Shown piece after piece: positions 27,681 to 38,466 of a DNA stretch of 64,000 nt. This DNA is from Candidatus Omnitrophota bacterium (GTDB lineage Bacteria > Omnitrophota > Omnitrophia > Omnitrophales > Aquincolibacteriaceae), in NCBI GenBank assembly GCA_022711115.1, contig JAKLFP010000009.1, positions 4,622-68,621 on the forward strand, in the 5' to 3' direction. The notes under the pieces were generated by a model. The model made no database searches. It was not told where the DNA came from and saw only the letters and a list, made by a program, of their open reading frames with translations. A program made the position numbers and the translations under genes. Numbering within the stretch: position 1 is the first letter of the stretch; every line of letters starts with the position of its first letter.

Positions 27681-28770
27681 GATTTTTTAGAATCGAATCG
27701 TAAAGAGCTTCGATTTCCTTGGCTTTTTTGAACATATCAAATTTCTCAACCGCATATTTGCGCCCATTTTCACCCATCAATTTAATGCGGCCAGGATCTT
27801 TGAGCAACGCTACAATCTGCTGAGCCATGACTGCCGAATCACGGTATGGGATCACAAAACCGCTTTGGCTTCTTTCAATAAGCTCCCGAACCGGGCCGAC
27901 ATCAGTAGCAATAATGGGTTTAAAAGCAATCATAGCTTCTATGATCGTCCGCCGTAAGCCTTCCGGAAGATACGAAGCATCCACTACAAGATCTAAATTC
28001 GAAATAACAGCCATGATATCCTTTTGCCAGCCCAAAAAACTGACATGATCTCCAAGTCCTTCATCAACAACTTGCCGTTGCAATTCAGCCTGATATCCCG
28101 GGGATTCCGCCGCTTCCTCCCCCACAATAAAAAAATGCACCTCTGGCTCCTGTTTGACAACTTCTGCTGCGGCCTTGATAAAATATTCGTGGCCCTTCCC
28201 TCGCGTAAGCCGACTGCAAATGCCCACTTTCTTTCCCGAAAGGTTCATCGCAGGCGCAATTGCGCGTGTGGCCGTCACATTTACGTCAAAAGGATCATAC
28301 GAAACTGTGATTTTGTGAGGCGGCAAACCCTCCTTGATATAAAAGTCCCTGCCTGCTTCTGAAATCGCAATGAAATGATATATTAATTTCGCCAAGAACT
28401 TTTCCTTGCGCGTGAGAGACCTCATGCTGCGCAAATGACAAACAAACGGCTTGTTCGTTATCTTGGCGGCAAAAATGCCTGCATTTTGAGAATCAATGTC
28501 ATTATTGAGATGAATTAAATCGATTTTCTTTTCGTTTATGATCCTTGCAAGTCTAAAAACATTTGTAAAAATACTCATAAAAGTTGGTCCGTCGGGCGTT
28601 CGCAGGATCTCAACATCACGCCAATCAAAGCCATAAAGATCCGCGTCAGGATGCGTAAAAACAAGAATGGGGCGATACTTTGTTCGGTCAAGTGCATCAA
28701 GTAAGTATTTGAGACTCAATGCGGACCCACCACGCCCCATTCCTGTTTCTATATAAAGGATATTAATCAT
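27670..28770 (-). CDS. Glycosyltransferase family 4
   Basis: GT4 C-terminal motif region (EGLRRTIIEAMIAFKPIIATDVGPVRELIE). Confidence 0.85.
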   Translation of the reverse strand: MINILYIETGMGRGGSALSLKYLLDALDRTKYRPILVFTHPDADLYGFDWRDVEILRTPDGPTFMSIFTNVFRLARIINEKKIDLIHLNNDIDSQNAGIFAAKITNKPFVCHLRSMRSLTRKEKFLAKLIYHFIAISEAGRDFYIKEGLPPHKITVSYDPFDVNVTATRAIAPAMNLSGKKVGICSRLTRGKGHEYFIKAAAEVVKQEPEVHFFIVGEEAAESPGYQAELQRQVVDEGLGDHVSFLGWQKDIMAVISNLDLVVDASYLPEGLRRTIIEAMIAFKPIIATDVGPVRELIERSQSGFVIPYRDSAVMAQQIVALLKDPGRIKLMGENGRKYAVEKFDMFKKAKEIEALYDSILKNHDH

Positions 28771-29606
28771 CTGTTTTCTATTTCCGTTCTATTCGATGGG
28801 AAAAGAAATGAACCCAAATAACCCAAGGCTACGCCCCAAGATCCTTTCTTAACAGCATTTCTCATCAATAAGTTCGAATATTTCCTGACCTTCGCAGAAA
28901 GAAGTCTCTGCGCTTTAGGATCATCCGAGATTTGCATCCATTTTTGCGCAAGCTTAACTTGCTGTTTGTAATTCTTAACATCATCCAGCGTCGATTGATT
29001 CGAGTGTTCACGGTAACAGCCGAGCGACTTTTCTACAAACAACGCCGGAAATTGATTGACTACACGCAAAAATAAATCCATGTCTTCATAAATCGCTAAA
29101 GATTCGTCAAATATTCCGGCAGCATCGAGACTCCGTTTTCTCATCAGGCAAGAAGATGTCATTGCGCTCCCGGCCTCAAGCATGGTTAGAAAATCGATGC
29201 CGGGTTTTTGCTTAGGCTTCATGCGGCCTGTCCGCCGGCCATATTCATCCATTATCTCAAGATACGAAAACACCATTCCTAATTTTGGATTGAATTCCAA
29301 AATCGGAATTTGCACGCTTAATTTTTCCGGGAGCCAGCTATCATCGGCATCGAGAAACGCGATATATTCCCCCCGCGAAGCTTTGATGCCTTTGTTTCTC
29401 GCAGCCGATACCCCAGCATTATTTTGATATAAATACTGTATCCTTCCCCCGTACTTTTTTAGCGCTTTTTCCGTATCGTCTATTGAGCCATCGTTAATGA
29501 CGATAATTTCGAGGTCATGATAAGTTTGTGCCAGTACGCTGTCGATTGCATCGCAAATATATTCTGCTCGATTGAATGTAGGTATAATGACGCTAACCTT
29601 AGGCAT
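28767..29606 (-). CDS. Glycosyltransferase family 2
   Basis: VSVIIPTFNRAEYICDAIDSVLAQTY...EIIVINDGSIDDT and DADD motif. Confidence 0.85.
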   Translation of the reverse strand: MPKVSVIIPTFNRAEYICDAIDSVLAQTYHDLEIIVINDGSIDDTEKALKKYGGRIQYLYQNNAGVSAARNKGIKASRGEYIAFLDADDSWLPEKLSVQIPILEFNPKLGMVFSYLEIMDEYGRRTGRMKPKQKPGIDFLTMLEAGSAMTSSCLMRKRSLDAAGIFDESLAIYEDMDLFLRVVNQFPALFVEKSLGCYREHSNQSTLDDVKNYKQQVKLAQKWMQISDDPKAQRLLSAKVRKYSNLLMRNAVKKGSWGVALGYLGSFLFPSNRTEIENR

Positions 29607-29616
29607 GGCGTCTTAA

Positions 29617-30780
29617 CTAGAGCTCTGTTTCTTCGATGACATTTTCACTTTTAATAACCTCTAAATATGCCTTCCCAAATTTCAAATCAGGTTCGAGATG
29701 ATTACCCTCAGCCCATTCATTCCATGACTTTATGATGATAATCCGCTCATCATATTTTCGAACACTAACCTGATTGATCGCAGCTCTCAAGTGTCTCCTG
29801 AATAACTCCGGCGTCGAGTTGTGCAAGACCAAACCGCGCATACCACTTCTCGGTGTGTTATCCCAGTTCGGAAGCACCATGGGGAACTCCATAACACCCT
29901 CTCGGAAATCCACTGTTCCAACGTTCACAAAGTTTTCGTATAAATAGTTGTCAGGTTTTCGGGCAATTCTGCGTCTATAAAAATCACGGAAATCTCCGCC
30001 CATAAGAAAAGAAAATAGTTTATCGCTAAAAGTTTCGGTTGATTTAGCCAAATCATGATAAACCGCAGGGAGAATATTGGTAACAGTGGCATCAAATCCA
30101 TTTTTGAGAGGGTTCCATTCCGTCTCAGTATGTGCGACAAGATATATCCCCTTCAATCCTGAACGGGCGGCAAGATTACGCCAACAGTCGGCAAATTCTT
30201 TAGGGTTTGGCAGATTGTTGACTTGATACACGAGGAATAGCGGACGGCCATCTACCGTAATATAACGCTGATCAAAAAAAGCACCTTCCAATGCTTTGAA
30301 ATGCGCTTCATAATCAGACAATCCTGGATAAGTCTGCTCGATTAGTATTCGATCCGGGGCACCATGCCACTTTCCTGACCAACTCTCATTTGCCCAACCC
30401 AAACAAAATGGGAAATCAGGCTCGCCAAATTTCAAAACTTCGTTGAAAGGGCGTTCGAGCAGTCTTCTTCCATTACCAAACCAATAATGCCAATAGCAAA
30501 AACCTTCGATACCGTACTCTTTTGCCATTTCCGCTTGGGCGATGCGCACTTCCGGCAATCGAAGATCATAAAAACCCAAATCCGCCGGAACATGTGGCTG
30601 ATAATGCCCACGAAACATGGGTTTTGCTTTCGCGGTATTCGTCCACTCCGTAAACCCTTTGCCCCACCATTCATCGTTTTCAGGAATAGGATGGAATTGG
30701 GGGAGATAAAAAGCGATCAGACGAACATTTTTTTTCAAGCTCTCTTTAGTCGATCGCTTTTTGTTGAATATTGGCGACAT
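29617..30780 (-). CDS. Glycoside hydrolase family 99-like (WbsX-like) LPS/EPS biosynthesis protein
   Basis: FYLPQFHPIPENDEWWGKGFTEWTN N-terminal signature of WbsX/GH99-like proteins. Confidence 0.55.
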   Translation of the reverse strand: MSPIFNKKRSTKESLKKNVRLIAFYLPQFHPIPENDEWWGKGFTEWTNTAKAKPMFRGHYQPHVPADLGFYDLRLPEVRIAQAEMAKEYGIEGFCYWHYWFGNGRRLLERPFNEVLKFGEPDFPFCLGWANESWSGKWHGAPDRILIEQTYPGLSDYEAHFKALEGAFFDQRYITVDGRPLFLVYQVNNLPNPKEFADCWRNLAARSGLKGIYLVAHTETEWNPLKNGFDATVTNILPAVYHDLAKSTETFSDKLFSFLMGGDFRDFYRRRIARKPDNYLYENFVNVGTVDFREGVMEFPMVLPNWDNTPRSGMRGLVLHNSTPELFRRHLRAAINQVSVRKYDERIIIIKSWNEWAEGNHLEPDLKFGKAYLEVIKSENVIEETEL

Positions 30781-30787
30781 ACTTTTA

Positions 30788-32023
30788 TTAAGCTCCTTTT
30801 ATGATTCGGCTAATGGCAGCCATGTTTTGATAGGCTGCAGCAATCAGCTCACTTCGTTTTTGAATAATTCTCGCCTTCGGTATCTTTATCAATTTATCAT
30901 AGGTATTCACAACTTCATCAAACGGAATAATCGGATGGAGACTAAAATCGCTCCATGTTTTTACAAATGCAGCAACCTTAGAGACGCCAACAAAACCAGC
31001 ACTGGGCACACAAAATGAGCATGCAGTTAGATTACCGTGTAAGCTAGTACCAAAAAAGGCCTTTGCTTTTGAAATTAAAAACATAATATCGAAGATGGAA
31101 GCTTCATCCGTAGGCATACAACACGCAACAGAACACTCCTTCTTCAACTGTTTCAAGGCTATATGGTCTTCGTGATCAGGAACACGGCCAATTGGCAATA
31201 AAACAATATTAAGACCCTTTTCAAGAACTAGCCTCGCTATCTGGTCAGCAAGCAAGAGAATTTTATCGTAGGTTACTTTTCTGCTAATTTGAATGCAAAC
31301 GTAGTTGTCTTTTTGTTTTTCAGTTAGTAGTAGGTTCAATTTAGGAGAAACTAAGCACTTCAGCATCTCTGCGTTGAAATATTCCGACACGAGAATCGCA
31401 GAATCTGGTGCGAGAACCAATTTATTTTGATTAACACCCGCTTCCAATATAGATTGAAAAGTGTCACAATCTCTGACGGACACATATTTCGCCGCATTTA
31501 ATAATTTCGCTGCGCAATCCCTTTGATCTTTACACAAATTATTAAAATCAGTACCCCCGACAGAATTATAAATAATGTTAACATTTTGTTTACACAACAA
31601 CGGGTCAACAACCCATGGCAGCTCCGTCATACCGCCTAGTAAATATTTGCTGAATCGATGAAAAGATCGTCTACTTAAAGTTTCTCGAAGATATTTCACA
31701 ATTATGGTCGAAACACCCCTAGTCAAATGAAGCAGCATTGTTCCCCACTCTGGCCCGATAACATCTCCACCAGCAACAATAATCGCGTCACCGCAACTAA
31801 ACTTATTTTTTCGAAGCAAGCTCTTCACCGATTTTGTTTTTTTTCCTCCATAGCGTGACAAGTCACTTTTAATTAGGCCGTAATATTCGATTGCATGTCT
31901 AATTGCCTCACGATGCAAATGTTTTTCCAGGATATATGGAAACAATAAATCACCATAATTAAACCTATCGAATGCCCCGAATATTGCAACTTTGTTCTTC
32001 GTCATTTTGATATCACCTTGCAA
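30788..32023 (-). CDS. Polysaccharide pyruvyl transferase family protein
   Basis: N-terminal KVAIFGAFDRFNYGDLLFPYIL matches the G-x-x-N-x-GD motif of PS_pyruv_trans (CsaB/WcaK-like). About 400 aa. Confidence 0.55.
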   Translation of the reverse strand: MQGDIKMTKNKVAIFGAFDRFNYGDLLFPYILEKHLHREAIRHAIEYYGLIKSDLSRYGGKKTKSVKSLLRKNKFSCGDAIIVAGGDVIGPEWGTMLLHLTRGVSTIIVKYLRETLSRRSFHRFSKYLLGGMTELPWVVDPLLCKQNVNIIYNSVGGTDFNNLCKDQRDCAAKLLNAAKYVSVRDCDTFQSILEAGVNQNKLVLAPDSAILVSEYFNAEMLKCLVSPKLNLLLTEKQKDNYVCIQISRKVTYDKILLLADQIARLVLEKGLNIVLLPIGRVPDHEDHIALKQLKKECSVACCMPTDEASIFDIMFLISKAKAFFGTSLHGNLTACSFCVPSAGFVGVSKVAAFVKTWSDFSLHPIIPFDEVVNTYDKLIKIPKARIIQKRSELIAAAYQNMAAISRIIKGA

Positions 32024-32090
32024 GGCATATAAATATGTATAACTTTTCGATAAAAATAGACTGAATAATCAAAAACCACTTTGTTTATTG

Positions 32091-33323
32091 CTATGAGTGC
32101 GCTGTTTTCGAGGCCAAGGTCATCTTGTGTAGTAAATTTAACGCTCTCTTAGGCCAGCCTTTAATACCCATATAATAGATACCACTCACGCAATCCTCGA
32201 TCGCATCTACTAATGCAGGATCGCAATTGGCTTTCTTAGCCGCCACTAGATTAGTTAGCCATTCCCGCCTCAGACTGGTGTCCAGCTTAATCCGCCGAAT
32301 CCTCCAGTATTCAAGGGGATTATCGAACGCCTGACATTGTTGCAATGTGTTTGTTATTGCCAAATTCACCATGCTTCGCACACATTTTTCACAAATACCA
32401 CAATTATACAAATTGCTACGGTTCTCATGGCAGACTCTGATTGCGTTCAAAGCAAACAAATCCTGCGAAACAAATTGAGCTTTTTGAACCCTAGTTGCTT
32501 CACAGCCATCGTGAACTATTTCTATCGCATCTGTACTCCAAAATGGATCAATTAACGGATGTGTACCCCAAGGCTCTAAAAGGCCAAAAGGATTTGATGA
32601 AGCAATGTAGACCTTATGCAGTTCTTTCGAGAGCAACATGGCAATTCCAGCTAATGCAGGGCCGTGCATCTGATGTCCCCAATCCCCATAATCATCAGAA
32701 AAATTGCGGACATCTGTTTCAACTTCTATGATTGATTTATTATAATGGTTTGCAATTTTTTTTAATTCAGTCGAAACCTTTTCCCTTAAGGCATGATTAT
32801 CTAAACGAATATCCAATCCATAGCAAATTATAATCCTATTAATTTCGGAATTGCGTTTCAGAAAGGAATAAAATGAATCAATTCCACCAGTAAAAAAACA
32901 TCCTACTGATCTTTTGACATTTTCCGTGATAGGCTTTTTTGATAATGCCCAATAATCAACGGGAATTAAACGATAGGTTGGCCACCAGCTATTTACAATA
33001 AGTTGAATTATTTTATGATTCTCAGCCAATCGCCTTGACAGAACACCCTCTATTTTTAACGGCAGATTTTCTTTCATTGCGGCATAGAGACTGATTGGAA
33101 AAAAAGAGTCTATCTCAGATGAAATATTTTCCACACCTTTAACAATGTGTGAAATCTGATAGTCGCGCGCACCTACAGATATCTTCGTTGATAAATTTAT
33201 GCAATCTTTTCTCGAAACTAAAGTAGGCTGTTTAACTATTACAGGCACTGTATTTGTGTCCATCGGAACAAAATCCAGCACATTCATAGGCTTCTCATCT
33301 CCTTCATCAACAGCGTTATTCAT
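32091..33323 (-). CDS. PP-loop ATPase superfamily protein (QueC/ExsB-like); possibly an N-acetyl sugar amidotransferase of LPS/EPS biosynthesis
   Basis: FFTGGIDS is a PP-loop-like motif. C-terminal CGICEKCVR is a zinc-binding C-G-x-C-x-x-C-x-R motif as in QueC. Confidence 0.4.
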   Translation of the reverse strand: MNNAVDEGDEKPMNVLDFVPMDTNTVPVIVKQPTLVSRKDCINLSTKISVGARDYQISHIVKGVENISSEIDSFFPISLYAAMKENLPLKIEGVLSRRLAENHKIIQLIVNSWWPTYRLIPVDYWALSKKPITENVKRSVGCFFTGGIDSFYSFLKRNSEINRIIICYGLDIRLDNHALREKVSTELKKIANHYNKSIIEVETDVRNFSDDYGDWGHQMHGPALAGIAMLLSKELHKVYIASSNPFGLLEPWGTHPLIDPFWSTDAIEIVHDGCEATRVQKAQFVSQDLFALNAIRVCHENRSNLYNCGICEKCVRSMVNLAITNTLQQCQAFDNPLEYWRIRRIKLDTSLRREWLTNLVAAKKANCDPALVDAIEDCVSGIYYMGIKGWPKRALNLLHKMTLASKTAHS

Positions 33324-33331
33324 TGATAAAA

Positions 33332-33961
33332 TTATTTCTTAACCCACTCCGACTCTTTTTTATCATACTGCCGAACAACTCGCGCTGGGCATCCCACCAC
33401 AACCGAATAATCGGCAACATCACTCGTTACAACAGCGCCGGCACCGACAACAACATTTTTTCCAATACAAACCCGCGGTAATATTATGGCCCCATGACCG
33501 ATATAACAGCCATCACCAATGATCACATATCCTCCTTCTGTAAGAGGCTGTGAGATAATTGGTTTGTTCACGTCATAGAAAGTATGGCTAAGATCCGTAA
33601 TTCCAACTTGAGAACCAATAAGAACATTATTTCCAATGATTACTTTATTATTAGATTGAATGGACGCAAACCACCCTATATGAGTACCATTACCAATAAC
33701 AATTTCTGGCTTAAATTTCTGCTCGCTGTCGCTCCAGTGATCGCAAGCAACTAATCGGACATAAGGTTCTATTTCCACTTTGTCACCAATAGATATATGT
33801 TGCGGGTTTAAAACCCAAGCAATCGGTTCCTGCAAGTGAGATCCCCTACCGAAGTGTTTAAATTTATTTTTCAATTCGTAACTTCTATGAGCATGCTTAA
33901 CAAATCCCCACCCATTTAGAATATCTATGACCGGCTGTTTAAACCATGTTGGTATTGTCAT
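33332..33961 (-). CDS. Hexapeptide-repeat O-acetyltransferase (maltose/galactoside acetyltransferase-like)
   Basis: IGNNVLIGSQVGITD...IIGDGCYIGHGAIILPRVCIGKNVVVGAGAVV LbH repeats. Confidence 0.8.
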   Translation of the reverse strand: MTIPTWFKQPVIDILNGWGFVKHAHRSYELKNKFKHFGRGSHLQEPIAWVLNPQHISIGDKVEIEPYVRLVACDHWSDSEQKFKPEIVIGNGTHIGWFASIQSNNKVIIGNNVLIGSQVGITDLSHTFYDVNKPIISQPLTEGGYVIIGDGCYIGHGAIILPRVCIGKNVVVGAGAVVTSDVADYSVVVGCPARVVRQYDKKESEWVKK

Positions 33962-34069
33962 AAATCACCTCTTTTGAAATATGTAATTGCCAAATTATTT
34001 TTTTGAATAGTTACTATAGCGTGTCGCACTTCACATATCGACGTCTCTCGTCAGCGCCTTACTTGTCCA

Positions 34070-35575
34070 TCATAACTTCTTACGTATGAGGAGCTGCTTT
34101 ACTTCAACCGCTGCGGCACGGTCAAAGAGCCAGGCACTGCCAAGGTAAGCACCTAAAGACAGTGCGCTAATCATGCCGACATAAATCAAACGGGGCAGCA
34201 TATTATCCAGAACATTCCAAGGTGCTGACAGCCAGCGAATGCCAAGAATTATGGCAATCATGGCTCCGGAGCAATAAATCGACAGCAAAAACTGCGGCAA
34301 GAATTCCCGCCAGCGGAACGTGATGATTTTCCGGACAAGTGAAATATTCAGCGGTAAACCAATCGCTAGTGTGACGAACCCCGAGGCCACGGCACCGATA
34401 AGACCGAATTGATGAGTTAAGAAAATAAGTGCAGGAATCTTGACCGCAAGACTAACAAGCGACAAATAATAATTGTATTTCGGATGACCGCAACCGAGGA
34501 AAAGGGCTCCTGAGCATGCAAGAACAGGCACAATAAGTTGAAAAACACCAAAAAGCTGAATCAGCGGAACAATGGATATCCATTTCCAGCCATACAGTGT
34601 AAGAACGAGCTCTTTAGCAAGGAATATCAATCCCACGGCAAAAGGCATGGAGATTAAAGAAACGAATTTTGTGGTCTTCAGATAAACGCGTTTGACTTCC
34701 TCGATATCATGCTGAAGCGAGGCGTAGGCGGGAAGCATGACGCCTGAAAACAGAAAGGTAAAATGTGTATTAATAAAATTTCCTATATTTCCGGCCAACG
34801 CAAAATAGCCAAGCATGGTGGTACCGAGGATCTTTCCCACAACAATGTTCCCCATATTATCACTGACGTAACAAAGAATACCCAACCCCACCATAAATTT
34901 GCCGTAATGGAGGAGTTCCCAGGCGATCTTTTTGCTGAATTGCCATTTGACACGATATCCGGAAAGCCGCCGTGCCAGAACTGCCGTCACAAATTGTTTT
35001 GCGACATAGGCCCACACAAGCGCCCAGACCGTTGGACTGAACAGCGCTATGACAATGGCAACTGCGGAATTGACAACGGCACCCACCAGTTCGATCAAGG
35101 CCAAGGTGTCAAATTTCATGGCTTTGGTCAAAAGGGTCATGGGAATTTTTGAAAAACTGGTAAAGATAAAGATGATACCGAGCGCGCGGACAATGGAAGT
35201 AACATCCGAGTTGTGAAAGAAATAGCCCGCAACAGGTGCGACAAGAAAACAGATGCCGAACAAGACAAAGCCCTGGATCTGGACAATGAAATAAGCGGTG
35301 TGGCTCGCCTCTTCGATATTGTCTTTTCTTTGGATGAGCGCGGTATCAAGGCCGAAGGATTTCAAAACCTGAAAGCCGTCGATCAGGATAAACGCCATGG
35401 CGAAAAGGCCGAAGGTAGAGGGTTCGAGGATGCGGGCCAGGACGGCGAACGTGGCGACGGAGATGACTTTTTGGGCGATTTTGTTGACCATTTGCCATTT
35501 GACGCCGGAAACCGTCTTCGCCTTCAGCGAAGGACGCGGCGTGGGGCCTGGGGCGTGGGGCACGGGAGACGTCAC
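34070..35575 (-). CDS. Polysaccharide biosynthesis protein / Wzx-type flippase (MOP superfamily)
   Basis: About 12-14 TM helices, 501 aa, typical Wzx architecture. Confidence 0.8.
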   Translation of the reverse strand: MTSPVPHAPGPTPRPSLKAKTVSGVKWQMVNKIAQKVISVATFAVLARILEPSTFGLFAMAFILIDGFQVLKSFGLDTALIQRKDNIEEASHTAYFIVQIQGFVLFGICFLVAPVAGYFFHNSDVTSIVRALGIIFIFTSFSKIPMTLLTKAMKFDTLALIELVGAVVNSAVAIVIALFSPTVWALVWAYVAKQFVTAVLARRLSGYRVKWQFSKKIAWELLHYGKFMVGLGILCYVSDNMGNIVVGKILGTTMLGYFALAGNIGNFINTHFTFLFSGVMLPAYASLQHDIEEVKRVYLKTTKFVSLISMPFAVGLIFLAKELVLTLYGWKWISIVPLIQLFGVFQLIVPVLACSGALFLGCGHPKYNYYLSLVSLAVKIPALIFLTHQFGLIGAVASGFVTLAIGLPLNISLVRKIITFRWREFLPQFLLSIYCSGAMIAIILGIRWLSAPWNVLDNMLPRLIYVGMISALSLGAYLGSAWLFDRAAAVEVKQLLIRKKL

Positions 35576-35949
35576 GAGAGCTTCCCTCCCAGGGTAATAA
35601 GCATGGCGCGTAAATGATCTATCTTATTTTTAAGCAGCTCAAGATTCTCCGATTTTACAAATTGAAGGTTTTGGGCGATTTGAATTTGCGTTTCCAATTC
35701 CGCGAGAGAACCTACTGCAATATAAACGAATTGCCGGTATTCCGCCCGATGCTTCCGCGAATGACCTTCAGCAATATTCGAAGGGATTGAAACCACGGCT
35801 CTTTTCATCTGGCTTGCCAAGCCGTAAATCTCTTCTTTAGGTAATTGTGCACACAATTGATAAACCATTTCTGTAAGCGCCATTCCTTCCTGCCACACCC
35901 TCAGGTCCTTAAAACTTGTTATCTTATTTTCCGTTTTTTCAGCTGTCAT
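35572..35949 (-). CDS. Four-helix-bundle protein (TIGR02436-like)
   Basis: FKDLRVWQEGMALTEMVY...SIPSNIAEGHSRK motif. Confidence 0.8.
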   Translation of the reverse strand: MTAEKTENKITSFKDLRVWQEGMALTEMVYQLCAQLPKEEIYGLASQMKRAVVSIPSNIAEGHSRKHRAEYRQFVYIAVGSLAELETQIQIAQNLQFVKSENLELLKNKIDHLRAMLITLGGKLS

Positions 35950-36905
35950 TCCCTTTTCCCCTGTCTCTTGCCCCGTTCCCCGTTTTTCCGCCCTAAAATA
36001 CCGTAAGCCTCCATCATCCCGTCACAGAGAAGATCTTCCAGCAAACTAGAATCATTCTCCATTTGGGATTTGTTTAAATATTGAATATAAAATCGCCGCT
36101 TTTCTTGCCGGATAATGGCCGGAGGGAAATCCTCTCGCAGCAGCATGGCCGCCAACAACAATCGCCCGACTCTTCCGTTGCCGTCTGAGAAAGGATGGAT
36201 TTGTTCAAAACGGCTGTGGATCAAAGCCCCATGGCCCAAAATATCCTTCCCCTTTTCCGCGATCACCTCATTGAGCTGTTTCATTAAAAAAGGAACTTTT
36301 AAATAGTTCGCAGTCGGAACATGGGAACCCGCAATCCGCACCCCATGCTTCCGGTATTGACCCGCATCTTCCTGAATGCCATTGAGAAGGATCCCGTGAA
36401 GTTTCAAAATAAAGGCATCCCCGATCGGGGTTTTTTCCGCAAGACTTCTGAACAAAACCCCTAATGCGGCTTGATGATTTTTGACTTCCATCTGCTCAAG
36501 GATGGTCTTATTCGGCAATGAAGCATTCTGAAATAAGATGGCAGCCGTTTCCGGCTCCGTCAGGGTGCTCCCCTCAATACGGTTCGTGTTATAAGTGAGC
36601 GCCAGAACAAAGTCATCATAGATATCCCGATTTTCAGCAAGCCTTCTTAAAACACCGGAACACCGGGCCCGCTTCGCGTGCAGGATCTGTTTTTTCGCCT
36701 CCAAAGCACTTGCCGGGATGACATTTTGACCCGTGAACCGCAGGTAGGCGGCATCAATACGGGCGCATGCCTTTTGACGCGGCACCGAACGCCCATTGAT
36801 CCAGCTATTCAAGGTCGGAAATGAGACCCCCAACTCTGCAGCAAGCTGCTCTTGGCTCATTTGAGACAATTGCTTTATAAGGGTAAGTTTGTCTTGAGTT
36901 CTCAT
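35946..36905 (-). CDS. Fic-family protein with N-terminal XRE-type HTH
   Basis: Canonical Fic motif IHPFSDGNGRVGRLL. N-terminal HTH (SQEQLAAELGVSFPTLNSWINGRSVP). Confidence 0.85.
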   Translation of the reverse strand: MRTQDKLTLIKQLSQMSQEQLAAELGVSFPTLNSWINGRSVPRQKACARIDAAYLRFTGQNVIPASALEAKKQILHAKRARCSGVLRRLAENRDIYDDFVLALTYNTNRIEGSTLTEPETAAILFQNASLPNKTILEQMEVKNHQAALGVLFRSLAEKTPIGDAFILKLHGILLNGIQEDAGQYRKHGVRIAGSHVPTANYLKVPFLMKQLNEVIAEKGKDILGHGALIHSRFEQIHPFSDGNGRVGRLLLAAMLLREDFPPAIIRQEKRRFYIQYLNKSQMENDSSLLEDLLCDGMMEAYGILGRKNGERGKRQGKRE

Positions 36906-37198
36906 AGTTGAATAATAGCTAACTTTATAATAAGTGTCAAATTCTTATAACTTTATAAAGTTTCAAATCCTCTAAAAATGCCGCACAAATCGACAGATTT
37001 AAAACTCTGGCTTCCTGCGAGACGGCAGCGGGTGGTTGGCAGGCGACAACACTGCTTCCTGCCTCCTGTTTACTGCCAACTGTTTACCGTTTCCCGTCTT
37101 TCCCTCGTCCCTTGCCCCGTTCCCCGTGTCTCATTCCGCATCTCTCTGCTTCCTGCCGACTGCTTCCCGCTAACCCCTCCCCACGGGACGGCGTCCGG

Positions 37199-37897
37199 TT
37201 AGAGCAGGGCTTTGGCCATCTGATGCAGGTCCTCATGCGCCAGGGCTTTCAACCTTTTTTTAACGACCCTGTAAAAGTACTCTTTTTCGGTCTTCGTCAT
37301 CGCCTTGCCGGCGAGTCTCTTTTTCAGGACTTCTTTCTGCCTCGCCGTGAATATTTCGGAAAGCAATAGTTCATATTCCATCTCCTGCTTTTTTTTACAG
37401 ACTGCCCGGGTATCCGGCTCCTGCACGACGTAATTCTTGAAATTCTCCTTGAGCCTCTGTGTCGATAATTCGGTCCCGCCGGCCGAGACCGTTTCCGAAC
37501 GCGCAAAGGCTCTCTCGAGAACCTCCGCCGTTTGTTTGCCGGCTCCGGACCGATGCAACAGTTTTTCAGTCCGGTCCGAGTATTTTTGTTCAAGTCCGAA
37601 AAGCCGCACCAAATGCCCTGTCATCTCCAGAAGCATCCGGAGCTTTTCGCCCAAAGCCGCGGGCAGCTTCCTGCGTAAGTCTTCCCGGGACCGCTCCCAG
37701 CTGAGCGTCTCTTTTTCCTTCATCGCATTCACAAGAACGACGGGAAACCCTTCCAGGAGGCGCGGGTCACTTTGCCTGAGAAGATTTTCCAGGACCTCCG
37801 TGGGGTCTCCGGCGAAACGGCGGCTCACGAGGGGGTACCCGTACCCGGACAATGAATCCAACAGATCCTGCTGCGTCATTTTTTTCATCTGGCTCAC
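37199..37897 (-). CDS. Hypothetical protein, 232 aa; downstream partner of the nucleotidyltransferase and possible toxin/HEPN-like component
   Basis: 4-nt overlap with the upstream nucleotidyltransferase gene. Rx5H-like RTEKLLH. No confident family. Confidence 0.4.
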   Translation of the reverse strand: MSQMKKMTQQDLLDSLSGYGYPLVSRRFAGDPTEVLENLLRQSDPRLLEGFPVVLVNAMKEKETLSWERSREDLRRKLPAALGEKLRMLLEMTGHLVRLFGLEQKYSDRTEKLLHRSGAGKQTAEVLERAFARSETVSAGGTELSTQRLKENFKNYVVQEPDTRAVCKKKQEMEYELLLSEIFTARQKEVLKKRLAGKAMTKTEKEYFYRVVKKRLKALAHEDLHQMAKALL

Positions 37898-38466
37898 CCC
37901 TTGAGGTGTTTCATGAGTATTTCGTAATTGCGTAAAACGCGCGTTTCATTCGTTTCATACTTCGCGGTCTCGCGATAGCGTTTTTCCATCTTCCTGAGAT
38001 CCGGTCTCTCGCGGCGTATCAAAACAAGACTGTCTTCGATATCCACCAAGGTGCCCCGAAACATTTTCGAGATGATCAAGTCCGTCGGATCCAATACCCC
38101 GAGATAAATTTTCTTCCACGAGCGGATCTTCCGGTTCCCGCCTCTTCGAAGCGGCGTCGTCAAAAGTTCCGTGGTATAGACCTTTTTTCCGGGATAAATG
38201 TCAAACAAGATCGCCTCCCCCGGCCTTTGCCACCCAAAACCGCTTCTCCGGTCATAGCCGGCGCTTCCCAGAAAGCGGACCAAACGAAGATACTCTCCGG
38301 CATCCGGCACCAGCAGGTCAACATCCTTAGTCGAATCCTTATAACCCAAAAGAGTGAGCGCCGTTCCCCCGCACGCGATCAAACGGATCCGGCCCCTCCC
38401 GGGGATCAACGCATCCCACGCCTCAACGGTATGAAACAATTCGTTGGCATTGATGCGGTATTCCAT
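37894..38466 (-). CDS. Minimal nucleotidyltransferase (MNT/AbiEii-N-like)
   Basis: IACGGTALTLLGYKDSTKDVDLLVPD is a GG[TS]-x...D-x-D nucleotidyltransferase motif. Confidence 0.6.
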   Translation of the reverse strand: MEYRINANELFHTVEAWDALIPGRGRIRLIACGGTALTLLGYKDSTKDVDLLVPDAGEYLRLVRFLGSAGYDRRSGFGWQRPGEAILFDIYPGKKVYTTELLTTPLRRGGNRKIRSWKKIYLGVLDPTDLIISKMFRGTLVDIEDSLVLIRRERPDLRKMEKRYRETAKYETNETRVLRNYEILMKHLKG